Assembly (NCBI GenBank): GCA_034530875.2
Contig: JAVRCJ020000001.1
Span: forward strand, 32,001-96,000
From: Nostoc sp. DedSLP01
Lineage (GTDB): Bacteria > Cyanobacteriota > Cyanobacteriia > Cyanobacteriales > Nostocaceae
Direction of reading: 5' to 3'
DNA length: 64,000 nucleotides
Shown: in pieces, positions 21,142 to 28,574 of the stretch
Numbering within the stretch: the stretch's first letter is position 1
Layout of the letters: each line of letters begins with the position of its first letter
Position numbers and translations under genes: made by a program
The notes under the pieces: generated by a model
What the model was told of the DNA's origin: nothing
The model's input: the letters and a program-made list of their open reading frames with translations, nothing else
Databases searched by the model: none

Positions 21142-22479
21142 CTAATCACGTTCAAGAGATTGTGCGCTTAGTTTCAAATCAGCTTTCATCAGGCGTTTCC
21201 ATTCTTGGTGATAACCGCGAATTGCTAACTCATCTGTTACAGGCCCGCTGATGACACCATCTTCATCTACCTGATGGCGATCGCTAATCCCAAACCCGCG
21301 ATTCGTTGCCACCCACTCGATTTCTGGAATACTTAACCCCCGATGACATTCGGCAAAATTCATCATATCGTCAGGAATCCCAAAACTGGGAAAATCTTCT
21401 TGGCTTCTCATCCGCAAAACGTTAACTTCATCGGGTACGCCAGAGATGGTAGTCGCATAGATTGTTAATTGAGTGCGATCGACAGCTAGCGGTTCAATTA
21501 CTTCAATTTGATTGCCAAAAATCAGCAGATTAGGGAAAATACTTAAATTCATCTGCGAACCAATAGATAAATCTAACCAGTAAGGCGCGCGATCGCCCCA
21601 TTGTTCTCTAATCTTTGCTTCATAAGCTTCCCGTCCCGGCTGCGGTCGTTGTTGTTGCCAGAAAGCGCCGTCTCGTTTTTCGTAACTGGGGCGCTGGTCG
21701 AGGAACGTATGCCCATGACCGAGGTACTGTACGTACATCGGCCCCTCATCAGGATTGTGGGCAAAATATTGCATATCTTTGTCAGGTTCTAAACGATTGG
21801 CCACAGCCAGCAGAGAACGGTGTGAAAAGGCGACATGATAACCATCAGCGGCATTATCGTAGGTAAATTTCCAGTTACCTTGATAAATCATTTTATGGGC
21901 GCTGCTTCCGACGGTAATTTGAGCATTAGGAAAACGGTCAATCCACTGGTCTAATAAATCCTTGGCTCGTCCGAGATAAGTTATTAAATCTGGTGCTTCA
22001 TAATTCAAAGTCCCAAAGATAAAACCGCGATAGCTTTCTACTCTGGGAACTTGTCCCAAGTCGAATTCTGGGCGCTGCAAGTTAGCAGCGTAAGCCTTTG
22101 CCCAAGGAACTCCTGTGAGTTTGCCCGTGTTGCTATAAGTCCAGCCATGATAAGGACAGGTAAAAGTTTTGGCACAACCACGAGGTTCGCGGCAAACCGT
22201 TGCACCTCTATGGGTGCAGCGATTGAATAAGGCGCGAATTTTATTTTGGCGATCGCGCACGATAATAATTGGACGATGCCCTAAATTAGATGTCTTAAAA
22301 TCGTTGGGGTTGGGTATTTCGCTTTCATGAGCCAGGTAAACCCACGTTCCCCCAAAAATCCGAATCATTTCTTCTTGGAAAATTCTCGCATCCGTATAAA
22401 CACAACGGTGGACTCGTTCTGGTTGAATTAGATAATCCCAATCATAGTCTTGCCTAATTTCGCCGTTTCTATGCAGCAT
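21142..22479 (-). CDS. Aromatic ring-hydroxylating dioxygenase alpha subunit, AtdA3/TdnA1-like
   Basis: Rieske NRCTHRG...CPYHGW; DNAADGYHVAFSH; subfamily motifs QQRPQPGRE.YE, MNL.IFPNLL..GNQI, RMR.QEDFP, PEIEW. Confidence 0.9.
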   Translation of the reverse strand: MLHRNGEIRQDYDWDYLIQPERVHRCVYTDARIFQEEMIRIFGGTWVYLAHESEIPNPNDFKTSNLGHRPIIIVRDRQNKIRALFNRCTHRGATVCREPRGCAKTFTCPYHGWTYSNTGKLTGVPWAKAYAANLQRPEFDLGQVPRVESYRGFIFGTLNYEAPDLITYLGRAKDLLDQWIDRFPNAQITVGSSAHKMIYQGNWKFTYDNAADGYHVAFSHRSLLAVANRLEPDKDMQYFAHNPDEGPMYVQYLGHGHTFLDQRPSYEKRDGAFWQQQRPQPGREAYEAKIREQWGDRAPYWLDLSIGSQMNLSIFPNLLIFGNQIEVIEPLAVDRTQLTIYATTISGVPDEVNVLRMRSQEDFPSFGIPDDMMNFAECHRGLSIPEIEWVATNRGFGISDRHQVDEDGVISGPVTDELAIRGYHQEWKRLMKADLKLSAQSLERD

Positions 22480-22659
22480 GGTTAGCTTTTCTCAAAATAA
22501 ATTTGATGAATAATTGATGTAATATTGCTAACTTTAAGCTAATACCTGTCTCAATTACACATTTTTTCCCCATTTCTAACTTCACCGAATATATTTCTTG
22601 AGAGACTACAGCCTTAACGGTGAATCGGGTGAAAAGAGAGTAATTTTGTCAAAGTCTCA

Positions 22660-23256
22660 CTATAGTAAGAAACTGAGATTTTGATGACCTCGATCTGCAT
22701 CAATTAAATTCACTTGCTTGAGAGCTATTTTCCATTTGCCATCCTGCTGCTGCAACCTATGTCCGTACCAACCGGCATAGGTTTGCATCCGTCCTTGGCG
22801 AAATTCATGAATGAGGAAGTTAGAACGAATGTTAACTTCTTCTTCCTTGGCACTAGAAAATATTTCAATGTTACTGATGATTCGGCTAGTACGCGATCGC
22901 GGTGTTTGAGCATAAGCAAAACCACACTGCAACCAAAATACTTTATCTTCCAAGCGTCTGCGATCATCGAAAGCGATGGATACTTGTTTTCTTGGATCTT
23001 TGCCATCTAGGTTACTAGGAATCCAATAAAGACATTTACTAGTAAATAATGCCAACCAATCATCAAATTTTCCATCATCGAGTAAGCGTGCTTCCTGAAA
23101 CAGCAATGCTTGGCACTCTCGCTCAATGGCTGTAGCGACTGGCTTTCCAAGATTCTCCCACTCTGGAAGTCGATTAATTAATTCACTATAAAATTGTTCG
23201 TCGATGTAATAGGAATATCGCGAACTTTCGGTGTTTTCTTCTTTATTAACTGACAC
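22660..23256 (-). CDS. Aromatic ring-hydroxylating dioxygenase beta subunit, AtdA4/TdnA2-like
   Basis: EARLLD..FDDWL, YWIP, DDRRRLED, AYAQTP.SRTSR, GWYG; GTG start. Confidence 0.9.
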   Translation of the reverse strand: MSVNKEENTESSRYSYYIDEQFYSELINRLPEWENLGKPVATAIERECQALLFQEARLLDDGKFDDWLALFTSKCLYWIPSNLDGKDPRKQVSIAFDDRRRLEDKVFWLQCGFAYAQTPRSRTSRIISNIEIFSSAKEEEVNIRSNFLIHEFRQGRMQTYAGWYGHRLQQQDGKWKIALKQVNLIDADRGHQNLSFLL

Positions 23257-23329
23257 AATTTACTTCTTTAAGTTCTGCGGTTTGATTTGCATTTGCAAGA
23301 CCAATTCTTGAGCTTGCACCAATAATCAT

Positions 23330-23455
23330 TAGACCTGCCTTAAAAATAGGGACTGGGGAAGAGATATTTTTATTGTTCCTTGTGAGTTCCACTAATGGAG
23401 TCTCTTGCAAAACTCTTTTTGCAACAGAGGGCAAAGGGAAAGAATTTTTTCTTAT
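23330..23455. mobile_element. Partial MITE related to 47706-47948
   Basis: TAGACCTGCCTTAAAAATAGGG...ATTGTTCCTTGTGAG...ATGGAGTCTCTTGCAAAA...GGGGCAAAGGGAAA matches 47706-47875. Confidence 0.7.
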
Positions 23456-23460
23456 CTCTT

Positions 23461-23697
23461 CCAGGATATTAGATGGCGGACAAGTCTAAGGAAAAAATGC
23501 GCTCTTAGCTGGCACAACTGGCTCAATTAGCTGGAATTAAGCAAGCCAAAGAACTCAGTGCTGCATTATTGATGTTGGTTGATGGAGTGTTTGCACAGCG
23601 CAGATTGTTCAACACGCATAACAATGGAGTCAGGTTAGCAAAAGCCGCAGCAATGATGATTGAGGCGTATTTGACCAAGCTAGATGAAGCTGATTAA
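23461..23697 (+). pseudogene. C-terminal remnant of a TetR/AcrR-family regulator
   Basis: Frame reads PGY*MADKSKEKMRS*LAQLAQLAGIKQAKELSAALLMLVDGVFAQRRLF...AAAMMIEAYL; two in-frame TAG stops; N-terminal HTH absent. Confidence 0.6.
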
Positions 23698-24045
23698 TTT
23701 ATTCTTTGGAAGTCCTTGTGTAAAAATCGATAACAGCAGAGAATCCTGGGTCAGCGGCGCAAAACCCAGGCGAGACAATTATATATTTGAGTATTTGGTG
23801 AGTAGTTGCTTGATTTATGATAATATATTGCCTATTCTCCTTCTAATTGAGTTAAAAAGTTACAGCAGAGAATTTGCATTTCCCTGGTGCAGCGTTCTCT
23901 GCTTATATTACTGTTTTAATTTAGCGATAAATCGGGGAAAAATAGGGGAGAAAATTTAAATTTGAGAAAAAACTGCTCTAAGTCAGTCGCCGAGAAAAAT
24001 TCAATTGGATAAAATACGCCGATTGGTAACGATTTTACAGCTGTG

Positions 24046-24237
24046 CATTGGTGTCAATTTAACATGAAAGTCTGATGAAAACGTGATGAGCGAGTTCTAC
24101 CCACTTACCATCAAGATCCCCATCACCCCACCCCAGTTTTGCTGACGCAAAACCTCCCCTCCCCTTAGCAAGGGGAGGGGTTGGGGGTGGGGTAAAACGC
24201 CTATGGGATAAGCGTTTGAGTTTAAGTTGACCCAATG
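24046..24237 (-). mobile_element. MITE with CATTGGTGTCAA(C/T)TTAA TIRs, inserted in a REP hairpin
   Basis: Ends CATTGGTGTCAATTTAA / TTAAGTTGACCCAATG; flanks ACAGCTGTG / ACAGCTGTA (9-bp TSD, 1 mismatch); inverted homolog at 37012-37199. Confidence 0.85.
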
Positions 24238-24692
24238 ACAGCTGTAAAGCCCCTACTGGGGATTATCGTTTAAATAGATGAAAAACGCTCTAAAAAATGC
24301 GATAGGTAAATAAGCATAAATCTTTGCGATAAGTGAGTCGATGTGAAAAAATCAAACTATCTTAAGAAAGATTAATCAAGGTAAAATTTTCTCCCCTATT
24401 GCCTACTGCCTTATCCTGACAATAAATATTCACGACGACCTACTTATATAGTTTGATTAATAGCCAAGTACTACAACAAAATGAAAATTACCAATTAATT
24501 AGATATAAGTTTAATTTCATGGAAAGATGCATTTGCTGAGTTTAAACTGAATATTTTACATCAGTAAATTAAAAATTATAGTTTATTAATCTAGAGGTAG
24601 ACCAAGTTTATCTCTAGAGGTCGATGAAAATCAGCTTTTTATATGTAGCAATAATAGTGTAAATGTATCTAGCAGTAATTTTTAATCAAGCT

Positions 24693-25133
24693 ATGGAAAC
24701 CCAAGTACAACAACTAGAATACGCTAATCCTAGCTCCCTAGATAATGTGGCAATAATTCAAGATTCTGAGCCAGGACAATTATCAACGATATCACCTCAA
24801 AAGAATTTCACTAATCCCTTGCCAAAAATCAAACAAAAATTTTCTGATTTTTCCGAAAGGTTACCGCGATATATAATTGATTTCTACAATGAGTACCCAT
24901 TCCCGATTATTAGCTTTACTTTACTTGTTGTCACAGTAAATTTGCTTAAGATATTACTGGCAGTCACAGATGCAATCAATGATATTCCATTCGCTTCTCC
25001 AATTTTTGAATTAATTGGATTAGGTTACGTCAGTTGGTTGGTTTTTCGCTATTTTTTCAAATCTGAGACTCGCGAAGAAGTAGCTAATGAAATTGACTCG
25101 CTTAAAAATCAAGTTACTGAAGAAAAAGCCTGA
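24693..25133 (+). CDS. CAAD/CURT1-domain membrane protein
   Basis: LKILLAV.DAINDIP...PIFELIGLGY.SW.VFRY motif; probable start METQ at 24693 (track 24663). Confidence 0.85.
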   Translation: METQVQQLEYANPSSLDNVAIIQDSEPGQLSTISPQKNFTNPLPKIKQKFSDFSERLPRYIIDFYNEYPFPIISFTLLVVTVNLLKILLAVTDAINDIPFASPIFELIGLGYVSWLVFRYFFKSETREEVANEIDSLKNQVTEEKA

Positions 25134-25267
25134 GGTTAAATTTATACTTGCTAACCCTGATGTTTAGTGAGAATTTAACTAGCGATCGCAACCTAATTCA
25201 TGTCGGCGATCGCATTAATTTTATGACGAGATTTTGCCATCAGCACTCCATCTCTAGCAGCCGCTTC

Positions 25268-25678
25268 CTAAAGCCCATCATAAATTTTTTTGGGAGCAAG
25301 ACCTAAGTAGTAGCGCAAAAATTCAATAAAATTATGCGGTATCGGTCTAGGATAATCAGAAAATTCGCCGCTAACAATAATAAACCCAATAATAAACGCG
25401 ATTATCATCCCTAATATTCCCATCGCTATTGATGCACGTTTTTTCATCCTGACACGCTGCGCTAACTTGAACATGATGTATCCGCTAGCGGTAAATAAAA
25501 CCAGCATTATAGGCGCTACAAAAAAAATTAAACTCAACAAATTAGCTGAGGCATTGATTCCAATATCATAGTAATTCCAGTAAGCAGAAATTAGATGAAT
25601 AAAGAAAAGTGTTGTGGGAAGAGAAATAATGCCATAAAAGCATATATTCATAAATATCATCCTTGATTTTGAAAGCAA
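25268..25678 (-). CDS. hypothetical membrane protein (~3 TM)
   Basis: Three hydrophobic segments; start uncertain. Confidence 0.65.
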   Translation of the reverse strand: MLSKSRMIFMNICFYGIISLPTTLFFIHLISAYWNYYDIGINASANLLSLIFFVAPIMLVLFTASGYIMFKLAQRVRMKKRASIAMGILGMIIAFIIGFIIVSGEFSDYPRPIPHNFIEFLRYYLGLAPKKIYDGL

Positions 25679-26055
25679 TTATTTATTATTCCCAAACATG
25701 GTTTTGGATTAATGCGATCGCCTTTATTTCTTCAATTCTTAGGCATTTACTAGGAATAAAAACAATAACCCAAGGGCAGAAGCTTTTATCCATTCTAGGA
25801 AAGCTAACTTTTCCTACTGCTTCAGCCTATTGCAGGCATATTCAAACTCTGTCTTGGCATCGAAATCTAAACATACCTTAGGAGAGAGGGATGTTTGTAA
25901 TTAGGAAAACACTATTAGAAATAGCGTAGTTTTTCAGACATTCGATGTTATTCAGCCCAAAAATTAATTTGTGCGACAACCTAACTAAAAATTTCGGCTC
26001 GATCTACCTAGTGAAAACCTACGCTGGTTTATCCATACTGCATTAGGGAATAATT

Positions 26056-26721
26056 ATGCTCAAACGGACTTTAGTAACTATTGTTCTGCTGATAGTCGGA
26101 TTCTTTATTTCACTAGGGTATTCTGCATTACAGCCGAGCAGTAACATAGTCAATGCTCAAGTAAATCGAACTGCACCAAGGCAAAATAACCAAGTTAACG
26201 AAATCGATAGGCAGTTCGTTTTAGATGCAGGACAAGCAAGCGTAGGTAATATTGCTTTGGGGCAATTGGCGTTGCAACGTGCAACTAATCCTCAAGTCAA
26301 ACAATTTGCCACAGCAGAGATTGAAGAACAAACACAAGTGAGAGTTGATTTGTCACGCATTGCCCCGCAGCTAGGTGTAACTCCTTCGACAACTCCCGCA
26401 CCAAAACACCAGGCTGCATTAGCACGACTATCTCAGCTAAAAGATAATACTTTTGACCAAGCGTATATGGACGAGGGTGGCGTTAATGCTCATTTGGAGA
26501 ATGCCGCTATTTTCCAACGCGAAGCAGCATTTGGGCAAAATCCCAATCTCGTGGCGGTGGCAAACCGAGGATTGCCAATTATTAACAGGCACTTCAACAC
26601 TGCTAGCAGCATCACCAATTACCGATTTGCTCAGGTTGCACGCAGATACAAAGATTTAGCTAATAATTCAGATGCATCAGCACCTCAACCACAAACTAGA
26701 CCTGGAACATCTGCTAATTAG
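26056..26721 (+). CDS. DUF4142 domain exported protein
   Basis: Signal peptide; D.QFV..A, LA.QRATNP.VKQFA, FDQAY. Confidence 0.85.
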   Translation: MLKRTLVTIVLLIVGFFISLGYSALQPSSNIVNAQVNRTAPRQNNQVNEIDRQFVLDAGQASVGNIALGQLALQRATNPQVKQFATAEIEEQTQVRVDLSRIAPQLGVTPSTTPAPKHQAALARLSQLKDNTFDQAYMDEGGVNAHLENAAIFQREAAFGQNPNLVAVANRGLPIINRHFNTASSITNYRFAQVARRYKDLANNSDASAPQPQTRPGTSAN

Positions 26722-26724
26722 AAA

Positions 26725-26751
26725 TAGAGACGTTGCATTGCAACGTCTCTA
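26725..26751. repeat. GTAG-type REP palindrome
   Basis: TAGAGACGTTGCA-T-TGCAACGTCTCTA just after the DUF4142 stop. Confidence 0.8.
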
Positions 26752-26981
26752 CAAAGATTTTGATATAATACACAATCGTTTCCATCCGTGAAATCAGCAA
26801 CGCCGCAGTTTGCTGTATTTCTCTAGACTGCAAAGATTATCGAAACAATCGGGTCTAAAACCGTACTTCGTCCAAAGTTTTTGAAACGGGGTATAAATCC
26901 TCGTTACAAAAACGGCCTCCTGCCCCCTGCCTCCTGCCTCCTGTCCCCTGCCTTCGTTAAATGTTACAAAATTGAAAAACT

Positions 26982-28064
26982 ATGAGCTTTAAATTTCAAG
27001 CTTTGCAACTTCCCACTTTGCAAAAAAGCTCGGAAGGGCTGGCTGTAAGTGCTTGGCAACAATTTCTTTTAGATAATGACTTTCCTGTTGCTAATATTGA
27101 TGGAGATTTTGGCAATATTACCTATCAGGCGACTCGTCAATATCAAATTAAGAACGCTTTGACGGTAACAGGAATTGTCGATACTGCAACTTATAAAAAA
27201 GCCCTAGAGCAAGGTTTCGCAATTGATTTTGCAATTTATACTGATGCAGCTAAAAAATTATTAGCTTATTTGAATTTTGGAGATGAGCAAGTTAAAGACT
27301 TACAACAAAGCCTGAGTGCGATCGCTACGTTAAATCCACCTTTGGTAGTTGATGGCGATTTTGGCTCAAATAGCCAAAAAGGATTAGCTGAAGCATACAA
27401 AAAAAGAGACATTAATTTCCGACCCGAGTTAGCACAAAAACTTTCTCAAGCAACAAAAACCAAACTTGGCAGTGATTTTGATTTAGCTTTAGAAAATATT
27501 ACCGAATACGCTAAAAGATTAAGAGAACGACTGAGTGGCAAGCACTGGATTAATGCTTTTCCAGAAAGCGACTCAATTGATGATTTAGCTTCTCCTTTTC
27601 GCCAAAAAGTACAAGCTTTTGAACGAGCGTTAACAAATGCTGGAGCTACTATCAATATAGCTTCGGTATTGCGCCCTCCAGAGCGAGCTTATTTGATGCA
27701 CTATGCTTTTAGAATTAGCACAAATGAAATTGCAGCTAAAGATGTTCCGCCTCTACCCAATGTAAACATTAATTGGGTGCATTATACGAATGCTGGTTCT
27801 GTACAAGCTGCTCAACAAATGGTGTCTGCTTATAATATTGCTTTTCGTCCTGTGTTGGTTTCTCGCCATACCCAAGGATTAGCTATTGATTGGGAAATCT
27901 CTTGGTCGGGAACCTTAAATATCAAAAAGGCTAATGGAACTATGGTCAGTATTAAAGAGCCACTAACTAGCTATGAAAACCCAAATTTATGGGAAGTAGG
28001 TCGTTCTTACGGCGTCATCAAATTATCTAGCGATCGCCCCCACTGGTCTAATGATGGGCATTAG
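26982..28064 (+). CDS. Peptidoglycan-binding protein with C-terminal M15-like Zn peptidase domain
   Basis: Two PG_binding_1 motifs (IDGDFG..T, VDGDFG); SRH.QGLAID (H-x6-D) and D.PH. Confidence 0.78.
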   Translation: MSFKFQALQLPTLQKSSEGLAVSAWQQFLLDNDFPVANIDGDFGNITYQATRQYQIKNALTVTGIVDTATYKKALEQGFAIDFAIYTDAAKKLLAYLNFGDEQVKDLQQSLSAIATLNPPLVVDGDFGSNSQKGLAEAYKKRDINFRPELAQKLSQATKTKLGSDFDLALENITEYAKRLRERLSGKHWINAFPESDSIDDLASPFRQKVQAFERALTNAGATINIASVLRPPERAYLMHYAFRISTNEIAAKDVPPLPNVNINWVHYTNAGSVQAAQQMVSAYNIAFRPVLVSRHTQGLAIDWEISWSGTLNIKKANGTMVSIKEPLTSYENPNLWEVGRSYGVIKLSSDRPHWSNDGH

Positions 28065-28084
28065 TACAATCGATAAAATTATAT

Positions 28085-28372
28085 TTAACAATATTTTGTC
28101 GCGTCTTCACCACAGACATCGACTAAATACAACAAACACTTAAAACGCAGACCAACTACTTGTTCGTAAAGAGGATTGAGTTTGCACAAAGGTGGAATGC
28201 GAAAAAGCGTGCGACCTTTAATTTTGACAATTCTTTCAAAAGGACAATTAGAAGGGATAATTTTGCATAAGAGTTTAGCCAAATTATAATCGCGTATTTC
28301 TATAGCCTCAAGCTGATATCGGATATGGTTTAATAAACTGTTATTCCCACTGGTTGTATTTAATAAGTTCAT
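28085..28372 (-). CDS. Mo-dependent nitrogenase C-terminal domain (Mo-nitro_C) small protein, copy 1
   Basis: LCKIIP..CPFER...IPPLCKLNPLYEQ.VGLRF.CL.YL...CGED...YC. Confidence 0.9.
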   Translation of the reverse strand: MNLLNTTSGNNSLLNHIRYQLEAIEIRDYNLAKLLCKIIPSNCPFERIVKIKGRTLFRIPPLCKLNPLYEQVVGLRFKCLLYLVDVCGEDATKYC

Positions 28373-28574
28373 AACTTAAATTTCCTACATCAATCTTTGC
28401 TCCTTTAAAAATACAACTATATTCTGAGAAAAACATAGTATAACTACCAAACTATTTTTCCAATTTTAGAAAATCAATTTAAATATCAGTAATCTTGCTG
28501 AAAACAGTAAAAGTACTGAACTTTTACTCAAAAATCTAGGGGGAAGATATAGAGCAATACCCTTGGCCGAACAG

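Noticed and set aside
22519..22532. NtcA-like site upstream of the dioxygenase alpha gene
   Set aside because: GTA-N8-AAC is a mismatch and the -10 spacing does not fit; not supportable
23730..23905. Hairpins and repeated ACAGCAGAGAAT downstream of the TetR remnant; ORF 23684-23959
   Set aside because: Probably terminator-like remnants; the ORF has no protein-like features
28085..28372. Nitrogenase (nif) gene
   Set aside because: Mo-nitro_C is only a domain name; there are no nifHDK features or nif context
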